Below, piece by piece: positions 9,481 through 22,300 of a stretch of DNA of 64,000 bases. Position numbers and translations under genes: made by a program. Below the pieces are notes generated by a model, which searched no databases, had not been told where the DNA came from, and saw only the letters and a program-made list of their open reading frames with translations. Origin of the DNA: Heteronotia binoei (lineage: Eukaryota); the NCBI RefSeq assembly GCF_032191835.1, contig NC_083239.1, positions 40,052,001 through 40,116,000 of the forward strand, read 5' to 3'. Within the stretch, counting starts at the first letter, position 1. Every line of letters starts with the position of its first letter.

Positions 9481-12400
9481 GTAAGATCTGAAGTCTTGGG
9501 GGCCATGGTGAGAATGAAGGAGCAACCTCAGGGGGGGCCCAGCCTAACCCCTTCTCTCCTGTTTTAGGACCCCGTGGACGAGCCAATGGGATCCATGATG
9601 CAGAAGACCCCCATCATCCTGGCCAAGCCGCCCGCAGAGAGGGTAGGGCGGGGAAGTTGAAGCGGCATTCTGTGACCTGACAGGGTTCTAGCTAGGGTTA
9701 CCAGACCCCCTGGTGGAGGTGGGGGTCCTTTCCTGCCACCCAGTTGCCGATCAGCTGACTGCTGGGGGGAACTTGCCTTGCAGTTTGGTGTAGTGGTTAA
9801 GTGCGTGGACTCTTATCTGGGAGAACCGGGTTTGATTCCCCACTCCTCCACTTGCAGTTGCGGGAATGGCCTTGGGTCAGCCATAGCTCTGGCAGAGTTT
9901 GTCCTTGAAAGGGCAGCTTCTGTCAGAGCGCTGTCAGCCCCACCCACCTCGCAGGGTGCCTGTTGTGGGGGAGGAAGGAGATTGTGAGCCTCTCTGAGAT
10001 TCGGAGTGGAGGGCAGGATATCAATCCGATCTCATCATCATCAAAAGAGGGAGGTTCCACTGACACGCAACAACGTGCCTGTGTCGCTGCCCATCTGACC
10101 TGGAAGCGGTGTTCCCTCTAAGCTGAGTTAGTGTGAGCTAGCTCACGGTTTTTTAGCCTCCGGCTCACGCATTTTTGTCTCAGCTCAGGAAGAAGGGCCC
10201 CAGAGCAAGCTAATTGATGCCGTAGCTCACAGCTTTCACGCCAGCAGCTCACAAAGTTGAATTTGGGCTCACAAGACTCCACAGCTTAGAGGGAGTCCTG
10301 CCTGGAAGTAACATCACATCAGGGCGCCGCTCTGGTATTTGGGCAAAAACTCTATAGTAGAAGCCAAAGTTACCATAGTATACACCGTAGTGCAAATTTA
10401 CCGTTGTAGACATGCTTTGCCTTTTGCTTTTCGTCCTTTCCATCTGACTTGGATTTTTGGAAAACAGCTGGAGGAAGGTGGGGAATGTAGAGTCTGAATG
10501 GTAGGCCCTGCGGAACTTAGACCAGTTCCGCAGGGCCTGCAAGACTACCCTCTTTAAACAGGCGTTTATCAATGACTGAACTATGGGTGCACAACAAAGG
10601 AAACGCCAAAATAGTGTTAGATTTAGAAATGCTTTATTTCATTATTGATTGGTTTTAATGTGATGTTAATGTCTTATTATTGTATTGTTCACTTTTGAAT
10701 GTTGTTAGCCGCCCTGAGCCTGCTCCGGCGGGGGAGGGCGGGATACAAATAAAATTTTACTTTACTTACTTACTTACTTTACTTACAGTGAATGGCTTCA
10801 AGGTGTTTTAGGTGGCAAAAGATTGCCAGGCTACCCGCCCCCCTCCCCCAGTCAGAGGGACCCAGCTGTTTGGGCAAATGCAGCTGTGTGTCTGCTTGTG
10901 GCCTTGAGAAGAATCAGGTCTCAGTCTCCATCTCTTTGCAGTCCAAGGGAGCCCCCCTGCCCCCTCCCACCCCAGCGCCTGCCGCCGCCCCACCCATCGA
11001 GAAGCCCATTGTGCTGATGAAGTCCCGGGAGGAGGGCAAAGGCCCTGCAGGGGCAATGGAGACGTCTGCCCTGCCCCCCGCAGCTGTTGCCAAGGTAGAG
11101 AAGGAGGGCCAGCGCCCCACGCAGCCCGTCTATCAGATCCAGAACAGAGGCATGGGCTCAACCGCACCCAGTGGCGCCATGGACCGTAAGTACAAGGCAG
11201 CGGGGCTTTCTTTTTTTTTAAACTAGAAGAAAGTTTTTATTGATAAAATGTAAAATGATACAGGTAATTTGTTTCACGTTACAAAGGCACAGAAGGGATA
11301 TATCGCTAATATGAACGTGCCAAACAGTTCAGACATTCCTACAATTCAGATTCCCGCTGCAAAGCCAGGGGGGGTGGAGTCTAGCAGGGGTTCCTTTGCA
11401 TATTAGGCCACACACCCCTGAGGTAGCCAATCCTCCAAGAGCTTACAAGGTTCTTTTTTGTAAGCTCTTGGGGGATTGGCTACATCGTGGGGGTGTGGCC
11501 TAATATGCAAAGGAGCTCCTGCTAGAATTCCACCCCTGTATAAAGCTGTAGCATGCATTCTTAATATAATCCAATAATTGTCATATAATCATCAAAAGTT
11601 GAGCGAGGTTGTTTGCCAGAACTGAAGTCCAAAAAGAGTAATGGTTGCCACTTTCTTAGCAGGGGGTGTTGTGTGTTGCAGTCACGTTTGGTTGGACATA
11701 AGTCTGCTGTTTTATCGAGGAGAAAGTACTCCCAAGGTTTTTGGGCCCATATCTTTAATGATGGGGATTCCTTGGACTTCCAGGTAGCAGCTATTGTGTG
11801 TTTCACTGCTGTGAAGAGGAGAGATAAATTCTTGCTGTTGTTTTGGTACTGGAAAAGCACCCCATAGGTTCAATAAAATTAAAAGCGGGTTCAATGGTAG
11901 TAACACCCGTTAAACTCGTGACTTTTCTTAATATTCATTGCCAGGAGGTTTTTATAATAGGACAGGTCCGCCAATTATGGTAGAGGGTGCCTCATTCACC
12001 ATTTTTCTTCCAAGGCTGAACCGAAGCCATGATGTATGATAATTTAACCTTTAAAGCCCTATATGGCCAGGGACCTGCTTACCTTGAGGACCGCCTCTCC
12101 CCATATGAGCCCCCGGAGAGCACTAAGATCAAGTCCTCAGAATTGTGATTCCCCAGGCCAAAAGACGCTCAATTGGCTACCACCAGAGCTAGGGCCTTTT
12201 TGGTAGCTGCCCCTGCCCTGTGGAACGCTTTCTCTGAAAATATCAGGGCCCTGTGGGACTTGACACAGTTCTGCAGGGCCTGTAAAATAGAACTGTTTAA
12301 ATTAACTTTTAATAACTAACGGGGAAGCGACCACAGCACTGATATCTAAACCCATCCCAGTATAAATAGAGCGCCAAGCAATATCTGACAACATTACTGT

Positions 12401-15400
12401 CTGCAGCGCTAAATGCGAACTAATAATATTGACGCCATCTTGGATTTTAGGATTGAAAGTGCAAATGCACGTGTACAATGAATTGTAATGATTTTACTGT
12501 ATTTTATTTTAACATGATGTGTTTTTACTGTTGTTAGCCACCCTGAGCCTGATAGGGGAAGGCGGGATAGAAATGTAATAAAATAAATAAGCAGGCGGGC
12601 TTTTTTTGAGCAGGAATGCAGTGCCGGCTGGCTTGGCATTGGGGGCGTGGCCTAATACGCAAACGAGTCCTTGCTGAGCTTACAGAAAAGCCCCGTGTGA
12701 AACAATGGCGATGCCAGGGGTGTGTGGCCTAATATGCAAATGAGTTCTTGCTGGGCTTTTTCGACCAAAAAAGCCCTGCGAAGCAGCAATATGAATATAG
12801 GGAAAGGGGGGAAAGAGGGCTGCCAAATGAGACGCTCACCAGCACGTCCAAGGCCTGTGAGATGTTTTATGGTGCTGTCAAGGATGCTACATTATTTTTG
12901 AAAGCTGTTTAAAAAAAAAACCCAAAACAAAACTTGTGTTGAGTGACAAATGGGTTGCCACGATTAGTATTCTTGTCGGGACTCGTCTGTGGGACCGTCA
13001 CCTGGCCCTCTCTGTCTTTAGACCCGTTCTTGTCTTTCTAGCTGTGGTTGGCCAGGCCAAGCTTCTAGCCCCAGAGAAGATGAAGCACAGCATCAAACTG
13101 GTGGATGACCAAATGAACTGGTGCGACAGCGCCATCGAGGTACCGTGGAAGGGCCCGAGATTGCCCGGCTGCCATCTTTAACTGAGTTTCCCTTCCTCGA
13201 TCAGAGAGCCAGTTTGGCGTAGTGGTTGAGTGTGCGGACTCTTATCTGGGAGAACCGGGTTTGATTCCCCACTCCTCCACTTGCACCTGCTAGCATGGCC
13301 TTGGGTCAGCCATAGCTCTGGCAGAGGTTGTCCTTGAAAGGGCAGACTCTTATCTGGGAGAACCGGGTTTGATTCCCCACTCCTCCACTTGCAGCTGCTG
13401 GAATGGCCTTGGGTCAGCCATAGCTCTGGCAGAGGTTGTCCTTGAAAGGGCAGCTGCTGTGAGAGCCCTCTCCAGCCCCACCCACCTCACAGGGCGTCTG
13501 TTGTGGGGGAGGAAGATATAGGAGATTGTGAGCCGCTCTGAGATTTGGAGTGGAGGGCGGGATATAAATCCAATATCATCGTCATCGTCTTCTTCACTTC
13601 CTGCAGTTCTCCCTAGATACGTTAGGTAGAATGATCTCCACGAAGGATCTCTGTGGAGCTGTACTCTGTGGGAGGAAATTACATGCTACATTCGTAGCAC
13701 AAAAAGGACGCTCAAGAGCTGGGGAAAGCGCAGAGGAGTTCAACCAAGACGATTAGGTGGTTGGAGCACCTTCCGTACGAGGAGAGTCTGAAGAGTCTGG
13801 AACTTTTCAGTTTAGAAAAAGAGACAACTGGGGAGGGGGGGCATGAGAGAGGTTTATCAATCATTCACCCTCTCCCAAATGACCAGAGGGCATCCGATGA
13901 CGCTGATGGGCGGTATGTTTGGGACAGACAAAAGGAAATACTCCTTTACATAGGGAGCGGTTAGAACGTGGAATGCGCTACCAGAGAATGGCACGGCGCC
14001 TACAGGAAGAAGCAGTTTTTAGAGGGGATTAGATAGATTCAGGGAGCATGGGTCTGCCCATGGTTACTAGCTCTTGTGACTGAGGGGAACCTCCGCTTTC
14101 AGAGGCATCAATCCTCTGAATCCCAGAGCCAGAGCTATCGGTGCGTGTGTGTGCAGAGTGAGAAATAGAGAACTGTACAATAGTAAGCTCCGGAAGGAAG
14201 GTGAGCCACACACCAGCACCTAGTATTAAAACAGTGTATTTACAAGATATATACAAAGCTACTAGTGCGGTGACAAACATAGATCTGAGCGACAAAGTGC
14301 TCCGCCAGCATCCACCTCTCGAGTGAGAGAACTACATAGAAGCAATGCAGTCCTTATATATGTACATCAGCCAATCGAGGCAGTCCATATGCTTGCTGAC
14401 TCCAGCAGGTACTTTCCCTTAGTCATTGTCCAGCCAGAACCGGCTTGCTGACGAGGTTACTCTGACCTGACCTGTCAGATAGATCCACCTGCTTCCTTGT
14501 TGCTCCTGTCATGCTGTGGAAGGAGGACTCCATACACCGACAGAGGCGACATTAAAGGAAGGCCTCGGCCTCTCTGTCCCGTTGTTGGCCATCTAGAGGA
14601 ACCGGTTGGACTTTGCGTGAGACAAGATGCTGGATTTGATGGACCAGGGCTTTTCTTGTAGCGGGGACTCCTTTGCATATTAGGCCACACCCCCCTGATG
14701 TAGCCAGTCCTCCAAGAGCTTACAGGGCTCTTTGTACAGGGCTTACTGTAAGATCTTGGAGTATTGGCTGCATCAGGGGTGTGTGGTCTAATATGCAATG
14801 GAGTTCCTGCTATTAAAAAAAAAAAAAGCCCCGCGATGGACTGTCAATCTCATCCAGCAGGGCTCCAGCATGAGGAGCCCTTTCTCCAGCCCTTTCTAGT
14901 GTGCCAGTGGCTTCTTCAAAGGGGGTTGTGTTTGTAGGCTAATCCCTTTCCCCGCCCAGGGTTACAGAGAATGCTGTTCCCTGGATTTCCATTCTAGCCA
15001 GAGTTGTTACCAATAAATTCTGCCCCATTGTTTCCAATTAGTACCTCCTGGACCAAACGGATGTGCTGGTGGTCGGCGTTCTGGGATTGCAGGGTACTGG
15101 CAAATCCATGGTGATGTCACTGTTATCGGCCAATCAACCTGAAGAGGACCAGAGGTACCGGAGAGCTGGGGACTGTGAAGGAGGACAGTTGGAAATAGCT
15201 ACTCATGGGGTGCTTAAGGGAAGAGGCTGGGAGGAGGAGTTGTAGGAGGATGGTAACTGATGAGATTCTGGAAGTGTTGCATAAGGTGCTGGTGCCTGAA
15301 CTGCGGGTAGGTTGGACTTTAGGTACTTGGCCAGGTTGCATCAGGACTGGCACTGGGTAATAAAAGACCGGAAGTAACAGAAAAGGGAAAGGCTTTGTCA

Positions 15401-18400
15401 GGTGGTGGAATTCCAGCAGAAGTCCTTTGCATATTAGGCCACACCCTCTGGATGTAGCCACTCCTCCTGGAGCTTACAGTAGGCCGTGTAAGAAGAGCCC
15501 TGTAAGCTCCTGGAGGATTGGCTACATCAGGGGTGTGTGGCCTAATATGCAAAGGAGCTGCTGCTACAATTCCACCCCTGGGTTTATTCATTGCTGTCAT
15601 AACTGGGGCAGGGGGTTGGGGATTAGAAAGCCGGTGTGGTGGAGAGGGACTGAAAGCTTCCTGTCAATGAACTGGCTTGTCGGTTCAAGTTGATGCATGA
15701 AGTTGAATCCCCCCCCCTTCCCCTCTCTTCCTGCATCATATTTATTAAACGCCATTTCATTGCCTCCTAGGGCCTAGGAGAAGCTTTAACCCCTGATCAT
15801 TTCCTCTTCCCTCACGGAAACATTCTGTTAGCTTTTGGTCCCTGAGCCCTTGGGGTGTTTCTGAACATTTCCATGCCATCACGTCAATTAGCGATAGACG
15901 TTCCGCTGCCGCAAGTACCACGCGATGCAGATTTTCCAGCCTTCTTTGCTTCTTGCCTACTGTTCCGGTTTCCTGTTTTTTCAGAACCTACGTGTTTCGC
16001 ACTCAGAGCCAAGAGATCAAGGAGCGCGGGGGCAACCAGACCAGCGGCATTGACTTCTTCATCACTCAGGAGAGGATCATCTTCCTGGACACTCAGGTCT
16101 GCAAAACAGTCTCCCGTCAGTAGTTCCTTCCCTGTGTCCACTAGAGGAGCTCCCGCATAGAAGCCAGCGTGGCGTAGCGATTAAGAATACCAGAGTAATA
16201 TTTGAGAGACCCAGTTTCAAATCCTCACGTGTGCCGTGGAAGCGCGCTGGGTGAACTTGGTCCAGTTGCACTCTCAGCTTAACCAACCTCATAGGTTGCC
16301 GTGAGGATAAAAGGGAGCAGAAGGAGAATGATGTAGGTCCTCATTAGGGAGAAGGGCAAGGTATAAATGCATAAATAAGCTACCGCATTTGATCATTTCA
16401 GTTCCCCTCCTCAGAGGTTTCCTCCATCTCCTGTGGAATAAAACTGCTTGTTCTCATTCTGGGACAGAATGCATTTAATTAGGATGTGAAGCATTTGATT
16501 AAGATATTAAGATTTAATTAGGATATTAAGCGTCTAATTCGTATTTAATGAGGGTAATTAGTTCAGCCCTGGAGGCAGATAGCAATTCCTCTGTGCCAGA
16601 GGACACAGCCCCACCAGCAGTGAGTGTGCTGGATAGCCCAGGCAAGCCCGATCTTGTCAGATCTCAGAAGCTAAGCAGGTAGTAATGGCAAGTAACCGGA
16701 TGGGAGACCTTCTTGGAATACCAGAGCCGGGAGGCATGGGCAGGCTTTATTCAGCCACCTCCCTGAATATTCCTCCCGGCCCCAGTAGGAGTTGGTCCCA
16801 GAGGTCGCCATGATATCCAGGTGCAGGCACAAAAATACTAAAAAAAAAAAAAGGTGTGTGCATGTCAGAGGTCCCCATATGGGGCTCAAGGGGACAGGCA
16901 GCCTTCTGAATTTGCTGGAAAGACCGACTGAGGGAGCAAAGAAAGGGCCAGGGGGATCCCAGGTCATGCAAAGCTGCTTTATGCTGAATCAGACCCTCGG
17001 TCCGTCAAGGTCAGTAATGTCTGGCAGCGGCTCTCCAGGATCACAGGCAGAGTTCTTTCATGTCTCCTCCTTCTCTGTCCTTTTACCCCGGGGGATGCTG
17101 GGGATTTGGACCTGGGACCTTCTGCTTTTGCCAGGCGGAGGCTTTACCGCTGAGTGGCAGCTGAGTGAAGGAAGCCAGGTGCGTGCAAGGGCAGGAACAT
17201 CAACCGCAGCGGTTGTTCTCTTGCTTTGCCAGGCGTCGGAGCAGTGCTGCATCCAGGAGCTGGGGGGAGGGGGAGAAGGCAGGGAATGCCGCACCAGCGC
17301 CCTCCAAAGTCCCGCCTCTCTCTCTCTTTGCAGCCAATCCTCAGCCCCTCCATCCTCGACCACCTCATCAACAACGACCGCAAGCTGCCTCCCGAGTATA
17401 ACCTTCCCCACACCTACGTTGAGATGCAGGTAGGGATCGTCCCCGTTCTGCATGAGGTGGCCATTTGGGAGGGCGGGAGGTGGCCGCAGGGTGCAATGAA
17501 GGCTTTCACCGGGGCTCTTTTTTGTGCAGCAGGAACTCCTTTGCATATTAGGCCACACACCCCTGATTTAGCCAATCCTCCAAGAGCTTACAGGGCCTGC
17601 TGTAAGCTCTAGGAGGGTTGGCTGCATTGGGGCGGTGTGGCCTAATATCCAAAGGAGTTCCTGCTACAAAAAGAGCCCTGCGTGTCACACCTTCAACAAT
17701 TCTCTCATTTGTTGGCATCATTTCCCAGTTGAGTCAATCTAGACCTGTAGCCCTGACCTGGATGGCCCAGGCTGGCCCGATCTTGTCAAATCTCAAAAGC
17801 TCCAAAGGGTCGACCCTGGTTAGGACTTGGAGGGGCAATGGCAAGCCGCTTCTGTTCACCTTTGCCCTGCCTTGGGTAACCCATGCTAGCCCAAACTCAT
17901 CAGCTCTTGGAAGCTAAACAGGGTCGGCCCTGGTTAGGAGTTGGATTGGACACCACCAAGGAAGTCCCGGGTCGCTTTGCTGAGGCAGGCAATGGCAAGC
18001 CACCTAAAAACGTAAGAGAAGCCGTGTTGGATCAGGCCAGTGGCCCATCCAGTCCAACACTCTGTATCGCACAGTGGCCAAAAAAACTCAGGCGCCATCA
18101 GGAGGTCTATTAGTGGGGCCAGGACAGTAAAAGTCCTCACCCTGTTGCCCCTCCCAAGGACCAAGAATACAGAGCATCACTTGCCCCAGACAGAGAGTTC
18201 CAACAATACACTGTTGCTAATAGCCACTAATGGACCTCTGCTCCAGATGTCGATCCTCTGTTTACCTCTGCCCTGCCCTGGATAACCCAGGCCAGCCCAA
18301 ACTCATCAGCTCCTGGAAGCTAAGCAGCGTCGGCCCTGGTTAGTCCTTGGATGGGAGACCACCGAGGAAGTCCAGGGTCGCTTTGCAGAAGCGGACAATG

Positions 18401-19286
18401 GCAAGCTGACTCTTCATATCCTGCCTGGAAAACCCCACGGGGGTTCCCGTAAGTTGGCTGCGATTTGATGGCGCTTTCCACCACCACCACCAGCAGTCAT
18501 GTTGCATTCTTTCTTGGATTGTCTTTTGTTGTCTCGTTCAATTGATTCCTTTATCTTTGTAATGCATCTTCGGTTTTGGTGAGATAGGCAAGCTTCACAT
18601 GAAATAAAACAAACTCTACAGGAACCTTGGCTTTTAGCAGGAGAGGGGTGGGTCTCCCTATCCAAAGCATAGGAGAAAGGGTACAGTTCTGAATAGGTGG
18701 GGCCTTCCCTGTGATGTGTTCCTGGCCTATGATGGCAAAACGATGCCGGACTCCTTTTCAATCTCACTCTGCAATTCTATCCCCTGCCCCAACTTTCGTC
18801 CTTGTAGCAGATCCACTCATGTTTCTCTCCTTCCCATTTACTGCTATCCCCAGTGAATTCTAAATCATCTCCCTTCCCAAGGTGGAAACTTTTGAAACAT
18901 GGTGTAGGTCCACAGTGATGGACCTCCTGATGGCACCTGGGGGTTTTTTGGGGGGGGGAGGGGTTGGCCGCTGTGTGACAGAGTGTTAGACTGGATGGGC
19001 CATTGACCTGATCCAACATGGCTTCTCTTATGTTCAAAGATGCTCTTGGCCCTTCCTTCTTGGGACAAGAGTCCCAGAGGCCTTTTCAGAGGTCTCAGCT
19101 GGGACCTCTGAGAACCTCCTAGCATCCTTGGGACCCACGTGATGTTGCTCCCTGCCAGCTCTCCAGCTCATAGCTGCTTTCCTCACAGTCTCTCCAGATT
19201 GCCGCTTTCCTCTTCACCGTCTGCCATGTGGTGATCGTGGTGCAGGACTGGTTCACGGATCTGAGCCTGTACAGGTGAGAAGTGCA

Positions 19287-19321
<35 letters not shown>

Positions 19322-22300
19322 AAGAGAGAACAAGATACCAGCAATGGTCATAATAAGAGTCCTGTTGCACCTTAAAGACTAACAACACTTGCAGCTCATA
19401 GGCTTTCATGTGTCACCGCACACTTCTTTAGATACCTGGTATCTGAAGAAGTGAACAGTAACTCATGAAAGCTTTTGAGCCACAAATTGCGTTAGTCTTT
19501 AAAGCACTCCTGGACTCTTGCTCTTTTCTACTGCTACAGGCAGAGTAACACGGTGACCCATTTTGGTCAGAATAAGGCGTTTTAATACAGAAACAAACTA
19601 GAGGAGGAATCTTAGATTTAGTCTGGAGACCCATTTTATTCAGTGGTTCCTACTCCCAGGGAAGTGCTCTAAGGACCACAGCGTCAGTATTCTTATCGGC
19701 AAGAAAACACAAGTCAGTCCATTGCAACAAGAAATATTCCTGGAATTGTCAAATTTTGGGGGCACTCTGCCTTATAATTGGAAAACTTTTTGTTTTTGTT
19801 CCAGGCAGGGTTGCGCTTAACTGTAACCTTTGCTCATTGAGTAGCCTTTTGTGCAGGCGCACATCTCTCCCTCTGTCTCCGCCATGACGGTCTTAGCATT
19901 TCTGGGCAGCTATGGAGAACTGAGGGAAGGTTGTTGGCTCCTCCCACATCACACAATCTTTGGGCGGGAAGCGCATAGCATTGAGGGAAAAGAGCCAACA
20001 CTTGGGATACTAGAATCTTCTATTCAGCTCGCTAGCTCCTCCTAGTGGCAGGCCTGTGGAAACGTCCCCATGTATGCCTGCACAGAAGGCCACTCGATGA
20101 ACAACGGTTACAGGTAAGCGCAACCCCTGTTTTTTAAATTCCAGGCAGCCTCGCATGATTCTTGGTGAGGTGGATTGACGGGACCGGGATTCCCTGTTCT
20201 TTGGGATGTAACTGGAGACCAGTAGATGCTGGATCAAAATCCTCTAGGTGAATGCAGAAAAGGAGCTGAATGGAGGTGGAGGGTACTATTTGTTACTTAA
20301 GACATTTATTAGCTGTCTTTCTTCCTTATGGTGCTCAAGGCAATTGACAATATAAATAAAATGTATGAAATCGAGTATATAAAAATACAGAGAACCAAAA
20401 TTTAAAATCACAGTTAAGAAAAGATTTTATTTTTACCCGACCCTTCACTTGAAGTCTTAGAGCAGCTTACAATCTCCTTCCCTTCCTCTCCCTGTGGGGC
20501 AGGTGGGGCTGGGAGTGCTCTTTTGAGAACTGCTCTTGAGAGAACAGCTCTGAGGGAACTTGTGATTGACCAAAGGCCGTTCCAGCAGCTGCAAGTGGAG
20601 GAGTGGGGGATCAAACCCGGTTCTCTCAGATTAGAGTCCATGCACTTAACCACTACACCCAGGACTATTTTAGTCAAATGCAGTCTTAAGTATATTCTTT
20701 CCTAGCTCCTTTTCCTGCCTGCTAAATTCTGCATTCATCTTTGAGGTCGTCTCCAATCTCTCCCTGCATCGTATTCCTCATTGGGGATCTGTCAGACCAC
20801 AGCATTGCTTGTTTCCCTTGCAGCAGCAAAAATCAGAAAACGTAACTGCTAGCACAAAGCTTGTGCGGTTCCTTCTATTCCAGTTCCAGGGAGGGGATTT
20901 ATTACATAGCATAGCCCGTTTGTTCCCCGACTGCTCAAGCTCTCTTCTCTGTCCCTGGCAGGTTCCTGCAGACTGCCGAGATGGTGAAACCTTCCACTCC
21001 GTCCCCCAGCCACGAATCCAGCAGTGCCTCCGGCTCAGATGAGGGCACGGAGTACTACCCGCACATCGGTATGGAAGAACGCAAGGGTGGTTTTGCAAGG
21101 CGGGAGCAACAGCTGGTCTTCTCCAGTGCTCAGCCTCCGAAAGCAGTTATGTCTGGAGGAGGCAGTGGGGCTGGAAACTGGGTAATAGTGGGTTGTGGAG
21201 GTTGACCTTGGGGGTGCAGATTTGACAAAATTGTGGGGCCATGCAGAAAGAGGAAATACTCCTTTACGCAGAGAGTGATTAAAATGTGGAATTTGCTGCC
21301 AGAGGATGTCGGGATGGCCACAAGAATAAGCAGCTTTAAAAGGGGATTAGATAGTTAATGCAGGATGAGTCTAACAGTGGCAACTAGCCATAGTGACTGA
21401 GGGGAACCTCCACATTCAGAGGCACTCAACCTCTGAGTCCCAGAGCCTGGAGACAACATCAGGGGGAGGCCTCAGCCTCTCTGCCCTGTTGCTGACTGTC
21501 CAGAGGACCTGCTTGGCCCCTGCGTGAGAGAGGAGGCTGGACCAGATGGACCCCTGGGCCTGATCCAGCAGGGCTCTTCTGATGTTCTTATGACTTCCTG
21601 CAGAGTTCTACCTTCTCACCTGAGCTTCTAAACATTTTCTCTGGTGAAAGCCGCGATTCCCAGGATGTAGAATTTTACGGTGACAAAAAAAAATGCCATC
21701 GAGTCACAGCTGACTTACGGAGACCCCGTATGCTTTCAAGGCAAGAGTCGTGCAGGTGTGTCGCCATTACCTGCCTCTGCAGTGCCACCTCGGTGGTCTC
21801 CCATCCAGTTTCTAACCAGGACTGAGCTTGCTTAGCATTCAAAACCTGATGAGATCTGGACAGCCTGGGCCGTAGGGGTCAGGGCATGGGATTTTTTTTT
21901 TACTGGAGATGAACTTCCATACTTGTGCATCTTGCCTGTAAACAGCCATGTCTCTTGTTACTTCAGGAGACCAGAAGCACATTTCGCTTTCCTCTGAATA
22001 TAGCATTGGAAAAAGTGCAGAAAAGGGCAACTAGAATGATTAAAGGGCTGAAACACTTTCCCTGTGAAGAAAGGTTAAAATGCTTGGGGCTCTTTAGCTT
22101 GGAGAAACGTCGACTGCGGGGTGACGTGATAGAGGTTTACAAGATTATGCATGGGATGGTGAAGGTAGAGAAAGAAGTCCTTTTCTCCCTTTCTCACAAT
22201 ACAAGAACTCGTGGGCATTCGATGAAATTGCTGAGAAGTCGGGGTAGAACGGATAAAAGGAAGCACTTCTTCACCCAAAGGGTGATTAACATGTGGAATT

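Noticed and set aside
16625-16740. 5S rRNA gene
   Set aside because: Diverged, followed by a SINE tail, and dispersed in several copies
19840-20135. Possible DIRS-like terminal fragment
   Set aside because: Resemblance too weak to support without a library search
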